Of a stretch of 64,000 nucleotides of DNA, positions 38,153-47,748 are shown piece after piece (within the stretch, counting starts at the first letter, position 1; every line of letters starts with the position of its first letter). Where the stretch lies: NCBI GenBank assembly GCA_036498835.1, contig DASYEV010000002.1:1763-65762 (forward strand), read 5' to 3'. This DNA is from Acidobacteriaceae bacterium (GTDB taxonomy: Bacteria; Acidobacteriota; Terriglobia; Terriglobales; Acidobacteriaceae). Both the position numbers and the translations under genes were made by a program. The notes under the pieces were generated by a model. That model made no database searches. It was not told the origin of the DNA and saw only the letters and a list, made by a program, of their open reading frames with translations.

Positions 38153-38726
38153 CTCGGCTCTATTACCAAAAGTAGCCTTTTCGGGGTTCGCGAACTCCGC
38201 ATATAACAGTGCGGCTCCACGAATCACACAGTCCAATCGGCCTGTACGTTGAGTCATTTCAAACGAACGCGACTCCGTGTACAAAGCGATCTTGCCCTTG
38301 CAGCACCCGCAGCAGAGCAGAACTGTAAATCCGTAAGAGCATCTCTCATGATGCAGTGCCCTCGCTAAGCAATCGAGAACGTTGTTTTCTTTGGCGGAAA
38401 ACGACTTCAACATCTTCAGCCTCGGTAAGCCTTCACGAGAAATGTCTAGCTCATCAAGGCGAGCTTGCGCTCTTCGAGTGCAAAGCATGCAATCGCCAGG
38501 CAGCACGCACTCGTAGTGCCTTTGTCCAGCTTTCTTTGTTTCGCAACTGAGTGAGAAAACAGCAGCCGGCGTACCGGTGCCGCTGTAGTTTGCCCATCCG
38601 GCGAACACGCCTCTGCCGTTTCTCGATGTGCCGGCCATCGCTACTGTCTCGCGCGACGACGCGGACTGTGCGAGCGATGGGGCCGCATACCTGTATCTAT
38701 TTGCAGTTTTTCGAGGAGGACACACC

Positions 38727-41700
38727 ATGAAGACAATGCAACGACGCATCACCCGATCTCTGGCCGCGGTCGCGATGTTTGTGTTCGCACTATGTGCTGC
38801 AACCGCGCAGTCCAACTACGGAGCTATTCGAGGGATCGTGACTGATCCTCAGGGCGCTGCACTCGGCGACGCTTCTGTGACTCTCAAGTCGGGCGCGACG
38901 AAAATTGCTCGCGACACCCATTCCAACAACGCGGGTGAGTATGTCTTCAACGCCGTCGATCCAGGTACTTATACGCTTATCGTCACGCGCAGTGGTTTCA
39001 AGGCGTTGGAGCGAACCAACGTCATCATCGATTCAGGCAATACCAATGTCACCGATCTCAAACTCGCGGTAGGTGCTACTTCGGAGAGCATTGAAGTCAC
39101 GGCGATCGAACCCATCGTCGACAACGGCACTTCGTTTAGCGGCCAGCTCATCGATTCGCAGAAGCTGCTGAATCTTCCCAATCCAGGCCGCAATCCATTT
39201 CTCTTTTCCAAGCTCGACAACAGCGTGACACCCACCGGCGATCCCCGTTTCGTCCGCTTTCAGGATCAGAGCGGCTCGTCGACGATTTCCATTGCCGGCG
39301 CGCCCATGAGCTCGAACAACTATCTCGTCGATGGGGTGCCCATCACGGATTCAAGCAACCGGGCAGTGATCATTCCCAGCCTGGAAGCGGTCGAAGAGGT
39401 CAAGGTTCAGGCCAACACCTATGACGCCGAAATCGGCCGTACCAGTGGCGGTAATTTCAACACCACACTGCGATCAGGCTCAAGCACATTGCATGGCGTC
39501 CTGCAGGGTGAAACCCGTCAGACAAACTGGGGCGCAAATACGTTCTTCAACAATCGCAGCTCGGGCACCATCAACGGTGTGGTCTACAGCCAGCTTCCTC
39601 GCGGCGCAGCGGAGTTTTATTCCTACGTCGGAAGTTTGTCGGGTCCGTTGCCTTTGCCTGGTTTTCTGGGTGGCAAGAATAAGACTTTCTTCGCGATTAC
39701 GGAAGAGGGGTACCGGCAGCGCTCGCCGTATGTGAACAGCACGCAATTCGTTGTGCCGACAGATCTGCAGCGCGCGGGAAACTTTTCTGAGATTGGGACA
39801 GTGACCTCGGCAGGCATATGCGTCACGGGAAACTGCATCAAGAACATCGCGGCCAGCACGACCAGCGTGCCCGTGTACTACCCCGGCAATATCGTTACGG
39901 GGATCAACCCGATCGGACAGGCGCTGGTGAATTCCTTTCCGCATGCGAACACCGCGGTTACAGCGCTTGGCAAAGCCAACTTCAACGGCTATGACACGCT
40001 TGGCGATCGTGCCGATGAATTCAATGGCAAGCTGACCCATGAATTCTTCAATCGCTGGCTCGCGGACTTTTACTACTTGCACTATGGCTCGAAGGAACCT
40101 GGCGGCAATCCGCTGACGAACGTAGCTGGTTCTTCAGGTTCCTATCTTCTTTATCGCAAGGTCGATGCCATCGGTATTCAGAACACCATTACGGTCACAC
40201 CGACAACGGTGTTGACCGTCGGCTTCGGCTTCAACCGTTTCCCCAACGATACCCAGGACATCAGCAAAGGCTTCGATCAGACGACTCTCGGTTTTCCAGG
40301 TACATATGTCGCCGCTCAATCCAAGAAGGCCTTTCCGCGCTTGACGTTTGACAGCACGTTGACCAATGAAGGCACATCGAACTCCGGTCCCGTGGTCTTC
40401 TTCTCCCGCAATTTTGTTGTGGGGCTCGCCAGGAACATCGGCCGGCATAGCCTGAAGGTCGGCTATAACTATCGTGCGATCAGCGAGACCTTCACAAGCT
40501 TGAGCGACACGTCAGGCACATTCAACTTCAACTCGCTTTCAGGCGCGGCTGCCGCGGATATGCTGCAAGGCATCCCTACCAGCGGCGCGCTGATTATTCC
40601 TTCGCAGCTTGCCTACACCACCGGGTATCAAGCCGTCTATGTGCAGGATGACTGGCGTGCAACTTCGCGGCTGACACTGAACCTGGGTTTCCGCTATGAG
40701 TTCGAACCCGGGATTCACGAGCGCAACAACCATATCGCGGTTGGCTTTGACCGCACTCTTTCCTACAACGCTCTCAACTCCGGTATCACCGCGAAAGGTG
40801 GTGTAGAGTTCGCCGGCCAAGGCGGCTATGGCGCCAATACCGGGAACATGGCCGGCAAATACAATCCGCGCGCGGGCTTTGCCTTTGCAGTGGATAAGAA
40901 CACTGTCGTGAAGGGCGGCTATGGCGTGTTCTATGCGCCCCTGTACTACTCCAACAACAATGGCTACGCTCCCGGTTACATCCTTACGAATTCCATCCCC
41001 ACGCAGTCGATCGGAAATGCGAGCACTACGCTGAGCAATCCGTATCCAACGCTGAAGACCCAGCCGACCGGGAACAGCGCCGGTCCTGGTACGAACATCG
41101 GCACGACGCTTTCACTGATTGACCAGTACCGGCGGTCGCCTTTGTTTGATTCCTACTCCTTTGAGGTTGAGCGTCAGTTTCCCGCGGGTATCGCGTTCAA
41201 GCTCGGCTACGTGGGCGGACATGGCCGCAACCTGCCCGACAGCTTGAACGTCAACCAGCTTGGGGACAACTACTATCCGCTGGGCACGACGGCGCTCGGC
41301 GCCGCTACTCCTTTCGCTTTCTCGGGTCTGGGGCAGTGGAAGGCTGGAACCCAGCCGCTGTATCAGACGGTATTTCCATTCCCTCAGTATCAGAGCGTCA
41401 CACTTGCCACGAGCCTTGGGCGTTCCGACTACAACGCACTCAATCTCAAGGTGCAGAAGCGCTTCAGCAAGGGCATGACGATTCTGGCGGCGTACACGTG
41501 GTCCTCCAACTGGGACAACATCTGGGGCGCCTACGGCTCGTCGAACACGCTCAACAGCGGCAACAACGGACCGCAGGACATCTACAACCTGGCTCCGGAG
41601 TATGCCCGCGCATCCAACGATATTCCCAACCGCTTCACGGTGGCTGGCACGTATGAGCTGCCGTTCGGCCGCGGCAAGCATTTCCTCAACGGCGGTAACC

Positions 41701-42233
41701 GCTGGTTGGATCTCGCCGTGGGTGGATGGAAGTTCCACGATATCTCCGCGGTCCAGAATGGCGGTCCGCTGGCCATCACACAGACCAGCAACATCACGTC
41801 GTACGGCAACAGCACGCAGCGTCCGACCATCATTCCCGGAGTCAACCCATGCAAGTCGGGCCGGCCTGAGGATCGCATTGCGCAATACTTCAACCCACTG
41901 GCGTTTGCGGCAACGCCTCCTCCGGCCGCGGGTGGTGCGCTACCGTATGGCAACCAGCCTCGAGCCAGCAGTTGCTATGGACCGGGCTACATCAACTCTG
42001 ACCTTTCTCTCAACAAGGATTTCCGGGTAAGCGAGCGCGTTCACATGGAGTTCCGCGCGGAAGCGTTGAACGCCTTCAACACGCCGCAGTTTGCGACTCC
42101 CGGCCTCTCCATTGGCAGCTACAGCGCCAGTTCCACAACCAACGCCACCGCCTATAACTCAGGCGCCGGCCAGATCACCGGCACACTGGGCTTCCCCAGG
42201 CTGATCCAACTTGGAGGACGGTTAACCTTCTGA
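38727..42233 (+). CDS. TonB-dependent receptor, Oar-like, with a carboxypeptidase-regulatory-like N-domain
   Basis: Signal peptide, GAIRGIVTDPQGA, LPNPGRN, NNYLVDGV, YDAEIGRTSGG, YVQDDWR..SRLTLNLGFRYE and C-terminal PRLIQLGGRLTF. Start ATG 38727 after GGAGG. Confidence 0.92.
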   Translation: MKTMQRRITRSLAAVAMFVFALCAATAQSNYGAIRGIVTDPQGAALGDASVTLKSGATKIARDTHSNNAGEYVFNAVDPGTYTLIVTRSGFKALERTNVIIDSGNTNVTDLKLAVGATSESIEVTAIEPIVDNGTSFSGQLIDSQKLLNLPNPGRNPFLFSKLDNSVTPTGDPRFVRFQDQSGSSTISIAGAPMSSNNYLVDGVPITDSSNRAVIIPSLEAVEEVKVQANTYDAEIGRTSGGNFNTTLRSGSSTLHGVLQGETRQTNWGANTFFNNRSSGTINGVVYSQLPRGAAEFYSYVGSLSGPLPLPGFLGGKNKTFFAITEEGYRQRSPYVNSTQFVVPTDLQRAGNFSEIGTVTSAGICVTGNCIKNIAASTTSVPVYYPGNIVTGINPIGQALVNSFPHANTAVTALGKANFNGYDTLGDRADEFNGKLTHEFFNRWLADFYYLHYGSKEPGGNPLTNVAGSSGSYLLYRKVDAIGIQNTITVTPTTVLTVGFGFNRFPNDTQDISKGFDQTTLGFPGTYVAAQSKKAFPRLTFDSTLTNEGTSNSGPVVFFSRNFVVGLARNIGRHSLKVGYNYRAISETFTSLSDTSGTFNFNSLSGAAAADMLQGIPTSGALIIPSQLAYTTGYQAVYVQDDWRATSRLTLNLGFRYEFEPGIHERNNHIAVGFDRTLSYNALNSGITAKGGVEFAGQGGYGANTGNMAGKYNPRAGFAFAVDKNTVVKGGYGVFYAPLYYSNNNGYAPGYILTNSIPTQSIGNASTTLSNPYPTLKTQPTGNSAGPGTNIGTTLSLIDQYRRSPLFDSYSFEVERQFPAGIAFKLGYVGGHGRNLPDSLNVNQLGDNYYPLGTTALGAATPFAFSGLGQWKAGTQPLYQTVFPFPQYQSVTLATSLGRSDYNALNLKVQKRFSKGMTILAAYTWSSNWDNIWGAYGSSNTLNSGNNGPQDIYNLAPEYARASNDIPNRFTVAGTYELPFGRGKHFLNGGNRWLDLAVGGWKFHDISAVQNGGPLAITQTSNITSYGNSTQRPTIIPGVNPCKSGRPEDRIAQYFNPLAFAATPPPAAGGALPYGNQPRASSCYGPGYINSDLSLNKDFRVSERVHMEFRAEALNAFNTPQFATPGLSIGSYSASSTTNATAYNSGAGQITGTLGFPRLIQLGGRLTF

Positions 42234-42263
42234 CGGACCTTTGAACAAATGTCGCGCCTTGAA

Positions 42264-42328
42264 GCGGCGGGACTTCAGTCCCGCCGTAAATCCGCAGAAT
42301 CAGTGCGGGTTAGCCGCTGACGGAATGC
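42264..42328 (+). repeat. REP-like element (GCGGCGGGACTTCAGTCCCGCCG ... GGTTAGCCGCTGACGGAATGC)
   Basis: Same architecture as 6793-6862. Lies just downstream of the receptor stop. Confidence 0.55.
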
Positions 42329-42451
42329 TCGCATCCTGTTCAGAGGCTCTCTAGTGAGTTGACCGTTCGTAACCTCAAAGGAAAAGCTTGGCACAAGGGT
42401 GTGCGTGAGAGCTGTTGCAGACCCGAGCAAGCCGAGACGGGGATGGTTTCG

Positions 42452-42639
42452 AGCGCCAACGGCGCGCCCTATACCAGCCTGGGGCGAAGCCCCAGGTAAT
42501 GGTCCAGAACTGAACGGAGGGCTGAAGGCCCGATCTATAGTGGCGTCACTATAGATCGGGCTTTCAGCCCTCCACGTTCACAAGGCGCGGTCGACATGGG
42601 GCTTCGCCCCAGGTTGGTATAGAACGCGCCTTCAGCGCT
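42452..42639. repeat. 188-bp nested-palindrome REPIN-like element, copy 2
   Basis: Same modules as 36381-36567. Confidence 0.9.
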
Positions 42640-42779
42640 GTTTTGTTCTATCTGTCTCCTGACGATGAGATGCGGCAACATCGCCGGACTAACATTTGCT
42701 CTAGCCTTGAGTACTCCAAGCAGCTCTCACGCACACACATAAAGCCGGGCTTCTTCTCTTGTATGCAAGTAAGCGTGCC

Positions 42780-44066
42780 TTACTGCCCCTGGGTGACCGA
42801 AGATACCGCGACAGCACGGTGGCTGGTATCGGGATTGCGGGCGAGTTCGCGGCGCACATGCGCCGTGACTCGTGTCGCCGCATATCCGGCGCCTGCGGCG
42901 AAGCGTTGCAGCGGACCGAAGTTGGAAGCGCTCGCGGGGCCTACGAAATACAGGCCGCGCACGCTGGATTCGAAATAGCGATTGAGGCTGGCGGCGCCGT
43001 TCTTTTCGCGGCGCAGCAACCGGCGGATATCGCTTGAAAGAAAGCCCAGGCGTTTGAGGTCGACGCGATAGCCCGTCCCCGCGATGATGTGCGAGGTGAT
43101 GTGTTCGCGTGATTCGCCCTTCGGTCCGCTCAGCGTGAGCTTGACGGCGGGTGACCGGTTGCTTCCTGTGATCGCTTCGGCGGATTGAATCGACCAGCCC
43201 ATGAGCTGGGGGAATTTGCCTTCCACGCGGCCCTGCAATGCCGTTCCTCCCGCAGGTCCGAGATGTTTGAAGACGATGATGCGGCGGACGGCTGCGGGAA
43301 GAATGCGGTACAGGTCAGGTATCGTGCTGGCCAGCCATGAGCGCAGACCCACGCCCAGCGGAGAGAGAGGATGACGAAGCTTCTGGTACAGCGACCGGTC
43401 ATCCGACGTGGGTTCGTGGATGTGAATTTTGCGGCTGCGCGCGATCAGTGTCACATCTGAGCCGAGTTCTTTCAGGATCACCGCAGCGTTCAGCGAACTG
43501 GCTCCACGCCCCAGAACGGTAACATCCTGGCCGGCAAACTCATCGAAGGTGCGGTGATCGGAGGTGTGGGTAACAAGGCCCTCCGGCAGGCGGGCTAGAA
43601 AATCCGGGATGTGGTTGAAGTGGCCGATGCCCATCGCGAGAATCACATGCTCGGCGTGGAAGGTTTCCCCGGTTTCAATCTCGATGCGGAACCCATCGTC
43701 TTCGCGTTCCAGGCCTGTGATATTGCGTTCTTCCAGGTTGGGTACGAAGCGGCGCGCGAACTCTTCGCCGTAGGCGATGAAGTCTTCAATGGGAACCGGG
43801 ATCAGCGTGTCGTGATAGGCGAGACCATTGAGGTCGCTGAACTCTTTGAGCGTGAAACTCTGTGAGCCGGCGGAAAGGCTGGAGGCAAAGCCATCGGACT
43901 TCAGCTTCATGCCGACCGGCATCTGCGTCTTCCAGGTGCGCATGGGATGACCGAAGATGCGGAAGGGAATTCCTGCTTCTCGAAAGTGCGCCGCCAGCGA
44001 AAGCCCGTAGGGACCTGCTCCAACGATGACGGCATGGATACGGTTTGTGTCGCTGCGATTCGCCAT
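42780..44066 (-). CDS. FAD/NAD(P)H-dependent oxidoreductase (flavoprotein monooxygenase/TrxB-like fold)
   Basis: VIVGAGPYGLS (FAD), VLGRGASS (NADPH), IAGTGY (FATGY-like) and GLYFVG. No CxxC pair. Start at ATG 44066. Confidence 0.82.
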   Translation of the reverse strand: MANRSDTNRIHAVIVGAGPYGLSLAAHFREAGIPFRIFGHPMRTWKTQMPVGMKLKSDGFASSLSAGSQSFTLKEFSDLNGLAYHDTLIPVPIEDFIAYGEEFARRFVPNLEERNITGLEREDDGFRIEIETGETFHAEHVILAMGIGHFNHIPDFLARLPEGLVTHTSDHRTFDEFAGQDVTVLGRGASSLNAAVILKELGSDVTLIARSRKIHIHEPTSDDRSLYQKLRHPLSPLGVGLRSWLASTIPDLYRILPAAVRRIIVFKHLGPAGGTALQGRVEGKFPQLMGWSIQSAEAITGSNRSPAVKLTLSGPKGESREHITSHIIAGTGYRVDLKRLGFLSSDIRRLLRREKNGAASLNRYFESSVRGLYFVGPASASNFGPLQRFAAGAGYAATRVTAHVRRELARNPDTSHRAVAVSSVTQGQ

Positions 44067-44173
44067 GCACACTTTCCGGGCAAAGCCCTCCCTCAGTGTA
44101 GAGCGTTGAAGGATTTCGCGGATATGCACCAAGTGGGTCACATCGTTGTCGCCTGAGAGAACGGTAAACTTGC

Positions 44174-45415
44174 GTGGTGAGCAGACCTGCGAGCCAGAGA
44201 GATTGTCCCGATGCGCCGCGGGTATTGATTGTTTCCACCGAGTTGTGGCTTTCCACTGCGCGGCAGTCCATGGCGCTCCGCTCCCTGGGTTGCGAGGTGA
44301 TGCTGCTGGCGCCGCCGAGTCATCCGGCGCTGTTGACTGGCGCCATCACCGCTTTCCACAAACACCAGCCACTACGCCCATTCCCAGCGTTGATGAAGGC
44401 GATGCGGGAGTTTCGTCCCGATGCACTCATCCCCGCGGACGAGCGCACCGTGATTCACCTGCAGGAACTGTGGATACGCACGGAAGCCGGCACGGATCAG
44501 GACCGTGCGTGGATCCTCGAATTGCTGGACCGCTCCTTCGGCTCACGTGAGGCTCTGTTTGCCGTTCGCTCCCGGATGTTTGTGTTGGACATCGCTCGCG
44601 AAGAAGGTGTCGCGATCCCGGATACGGTGCGGGTCGAAAGCGAAGCCGATCTTGATGGCGCGATCCGTGAGCTTGGTTTACCGCTGGTATTGAAAGCGGA
44701 CATGACCTCCGGCGGTGACGGCGTGGCGATTGCCGCTGACTCTGGTGAAGCTCAGCGGAGCTGGCGCAAGCTGCATCATCCGCCCAACCTGGCGCGGGTA
44801 TTGCGGCGGGGAATCCTCTTTAAAAACTGGGCCCACCTGCGCTCCTGGGCCAGGCGCGAACGGCTGGGGATGACGGCGCAGCGTTTTGTGCAGGGCGGAG
44901 AGCGGACCAGCATGGCCGTCTGCTATCGCGGTGAAGTGATTGCGTCAGCCTGCCTGGAGGTCGCGAAGACATGGCAGGTGCGTGGGCCTTCGAGCGTGCT
45001 CCGCGTGGTGAAGGATGAGGCCATGGAGAACGCCATGCGGCGTGTTGCCAGGCGGCTTAACCTGTCAGGGTTTTGCGGCTTCGACTTCATGGTGCCGCAG
45101 GACAGCGGTCAGTCGCTTTTAATCGAAATGAACCCACGGCCCACGCAGACGGCTCACCTGGCGCTGGGTGCCGGGCACGATCTCGTTGCTGCGTATGTGC
45201 GCGCCGTTCTAGGCAAGACGGATACGCCGGATCGTTCAGCCGTCAGTGACGGAGAGCTGATCGCGCTGTTCCCCCAGGAGTTGGTGCGCGATGCGAACAG
45301 TGAACTGATCCAAGCGGCATACCATGACGTGCCCTGGGAGTCGCCGGAACTGATGAAGCGTGCGCTGAATCCGCTGCCCGCTGTGATTACGGAGGATCCC
45401 CGCTGGCGCGGTTGA
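44174..45415 (+). CDS. ATP-grasp domain protein (putative amino-acid/carboxylate-amine ligase)
   Basis: LPLVLKADMTSGGDGV, QRFVQG, GFCGFDFM and LIEMNPRP. Confidence 0.85.
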   Translation: MVSRPASQRDCPDAPRVLIVSTELWLSTARQSMALRSLGCEVMLLAPPSHPALLTGAITAFHKHQPLRPFPALMKAMREFRPDALIPADERTVIHLQELWIRTEAGTDQDRAWILELLDRSFGSREALFAVRSRMFVLDIAREEGVAIPDTVRVESEADLDGAIRELGLPLVLKADMTSGGDGVAIAADSGEAQRSWRKLHHPPNLARVLRRGILFKNWAHLRSWARRERLGMTAQRFVQGGERTSMAVCYRGEVIASACLEVAKTWQVRGPSSVLRVVKDEAMENAMRRVARRLNLSGFCGFDFMVPQDSGQSLLIEMNPRPTQTAHLALGAGHDLVAAYVRAVLGKTDTPDRSAVSDGELIALFPQELVRDANSELIQAAYHDVPWESPELMKRALNPLPAVITEDPRWRG

Positions 45416-45450
45416 TGCCTCCGCCGCCTTCTTGACGGCGAGGTATTGGT

Positions 45451-45751
45451 GTTGTCGTTGTCTTTCTGGTTGTCATCCCCGCAGGGGATCTGCTGTTTTT
45501 CCTTGCTATCCATACTCTGTCATCTCGACCGGAGCGAAGCGTAGCGGAGAAACCTGCTTTTCGTCTGTGGCTTCACAACTCCAGCTGGACGGCACGAACA
45601 GCCTTAACAGCAGATCCCCTTCGGGGATGACAACCAGAAAAGCAACGGCTCCCACAGTTCCGTACACGAAGTGGCGTTCCCGACACATGGGCAGGGGCAG
45701 AAGCGGGTCTCTCCGCTACGGCGCAAAAGCGCCTCCGGTCGAGATGACAAG
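45451..45751. repeat. Cluster of GTCATC/GATGACA-type palindromic repeats (four modules)
   Basis: GTTGTCATCCCCGCAGGGGATCTGCTGTT, GTCATCTCGACCGGAGCG..CGGAGAAACC, CAGCAGATCCCCTTCGGGGATGACAAC and GGTCTCTCCGCT..CGGTCGAGATGACA. Same family as 6900-7029. Confidence 0.8.
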
Positions 45752-45776
45752 CGATGGGTGATACGAAGCGGAAGGT

Positions 45777-45892
45777 TAGAGCAGTTCCGGTAATGGTGTA
45801 GACCGAAAAGAGGGTGCTGAAGCCGTTTTCTCCCAATGAAAACGGCATTCTCCACCGTTCGGGAAGACCACAGTATTACCGGAACTGCTCTA
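45777..45892. mobile_element. 116-bp MITE, TAGAGC family (subtype A); its right end overlaps the stop codon of the priming glycosyltransferase
   Basis: Perfect TIRs TAGAGCAGTTCCGGTAAT / ATTACCGGAACTGCTCTA. CTA at 45890-45892 is the TAG stop of the minus-strand gene. Confidence 0.88.
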
Positions 45893-47428
45893 GTACGCGC
45901 CGTCGCCGCGGAACACTGCGCTGAACGTCCGCAGCAGAATCTCCATGTCCATCAGCAGCGACCAGTGATCGATATAGCGCAGGTCAAGCTTGATGGCTTG
46001 GGAGAAGTCCGTGTTGGAGCGGCCTGAAACCTGCCACAGGCCGGTGATGCCGGGCTTCACGGAGAAGCGGCGCATCAGCCAGGGCTCGGAGAAGAGCTGA
46101 ACGTCACGCAGCGGAAGCGGACGTGGGCCTACCAGCGACATATCGCCCATCAGCACGTTCATCAACTGCGGCAGTTCGTCCAGTGAGGTACGGCGCAGGA
46201 TGGAACCGAAACGGGTAATGCGCGGATCGTGACGGATCTTGAAGATGGGGCCATCGTTCTCGTTCATGTGCTCGATGGCGTTCTGGCGCGCCTCGGCGTC
46301 GACGACCATGGAGCGGAACTTGATCATGCCGAACATGCGCTTGCCCAGGCCGAAGCGCTGCTGCACGAAAAACACGGGGCCTTTGCTGCCGAGCTTGATG
46401 CCGAGAGCGATGATCAGGAACACCGGCGAGAGCAGGACCAGCCCGATGGCGGCGGCTACACGGTCCAGCGCGTTCTTCAGCAGCAGGCGATGGTCGTTGT
46501 GCACCATCTGCAGGACCACACGTGTGCCGTCTTCTTCTTCCACGGCGTTGTTCTTGGCGACGTCGCTGTGGAAGTTCAACAGCGGGTATTGCGTCTGGAT
46601 GCCGGCCCGGCCGCAGACGTCCACAACATGTTCAATCTCGGAAAAGTAGCTCTTGATGGGCAGCACGACGATCACTTCGTCGATGGGCTGGCGCATCAGG
46701 ATGTTTTCCAGCTCGTCGATTTTGCCCAGCATGGGGCCAAGGCGGCTGCAGGCCGGCTGCATGTGGTTGTCGACAAAGCCGGCAAGCTGGTATTTGTAAT
46801 CGCGGTTGGAAGCCAGTCCCAGCACTACCGAGCGGGCGCGCACGCCTGTGCCGCAGATCACGATGGTGCGGCGGCGGCGGAAGGCCGGCCGAACCTGGCT
46901 TTCGTAGACCATCACGCCGGAGCGGGTCAGCAGCATCAGCGACGTGGAAATGAACCAGAACAGAAGGCAGGAACTGAGTGCGTCGGCCGGGCGTGCCCAG
47001 AGAAGCAGGGGGCACAGGATGCCGGTGCACAGGGCCGCGGTCAGCGGGATGCGCCAAAGCAGGGTGGTCATGCGCGGGTTCAGGCGCGGCTGGTAGGTGC
47101 CAACCACCCAGAACAGGAACCGCCAAACGATCAGAAGGGCAATCTGCAGAAGCAGGTTCCGCATGGAAATGCGGAGACCGAGGTAATGCTCAAAGGTTTC
47201 GCCCCGCTGGATGGAGGCGCTGAACAGGGAGAAGACGACGGCGAGGACCAGCGCGACCTGATCGGCGACCCGGACCAGCGGGGAGCACATGCTCCGCGCC
47301 AGGGCCGGAACCTGGTTCTGGTTGGCCGGCTCGGTAATGGCCTGAATTCTGGCGGACGATTCCCGTTGAGCCCTGATACGTATCCCCGAGCCCTCGTCAC
47401 CGGCGGCCTGTAAGAGCTGTTCAGACAT
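45890..47428 (-). CDS. Undecaprenyl-phosphate sugar-1-phosphate transferase (priming GT, WcaJ/CpsE family)
   Basis: N-terminal TMs, Rossmann-like domain (IVICGTG), [56 protein letters not shown] and DLRYI..WSL..D..IL. Confidence 0.92.
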   Translation of the reverse strand: MSEQLLQAAGDEGSGIRIRAQRESSARIQAITEPANQNQVPALARSMCSPLVRVADQVALVLAVVFSLFSASIQRGETFEHYLGLRISMRNLLLQIALLIVWRFLFWVVGTYQPRLNPRMTTLLWRIPLTAALCTGILCPLLLWARPADALSSCLLFWFISTSLMLLTRSGVMVYESQVRPAFRRRRTIVICGTGVRARSVVLGLASNRDYKYQLAGFVDNHMQPACSRLGPMLGKIDELENILMRQPIDEVIVVLPIKSYFSEIEHVVDVCGRAGIQTQYPLLNFHSDVAKNNAVEEEDGTRVVLQMVHNDHRLLLKNALDRVAAAIGLVLLSPVFLIIALGIKLGSKGPVFFVQQRFGLGKRMFGMIKFRSMVVDAEARQNAIEHMNENDGPIFKIRHDPRITRFGSILRRTSLDELPQLMNVLMGDMSLVGPRPLPLRDVQLFSEPWLMRRFSVKPGITGLWQVSGRSNTDFSQAIKLDLRYIDHWSLLMDMEILLRTFSAVFRGDGAY

Positions 47429-47748
47429 CGGAAGGTCTCGGTTCCATGGAAGCCTTGGTATCCTTCGATCCACTCATTATAGAGAGTGGCGTGAGCAGAC
47501 TGTTTAAACGTCGCACAGCATCAACAAGTCGGGCATTCCACCGATGGGTCACCCGGCTCGGCAAATGGAGTCAAAGCCAGCCGCATGGGGATGCAGGGAC
47601 GAATCGCTGCCGTGTGAATAGGTCCAACTGACTGAATGGTACATTCTTTTCATGTCGGGATGGTTACTCCCTTGAACGCTTTCCAGGCCAAGGTTGATAC
47701 ACTGCAACAAGCACCCCGCGCTTTACGTCTTTCCAGTAGCCGCCCGTC

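Noticed and set aside
38114-38815. 233-aa minus-strand ORF and 64-aa plus-strand ORF (38356-38550) in the long intergenic region
   Set aside because: No motifs, atypical composition, and the longer one overlaps the receptor start. Treated as non-coding pending Ribo-seq.
47565-47600. GGCAAA...AAAGCC resembling a c-di-GMP-I riboswitch in the EPS promoter region
   Set aside because: No GNRA-capped P2 stem or tetraloop receptor, and the spacing is too short.
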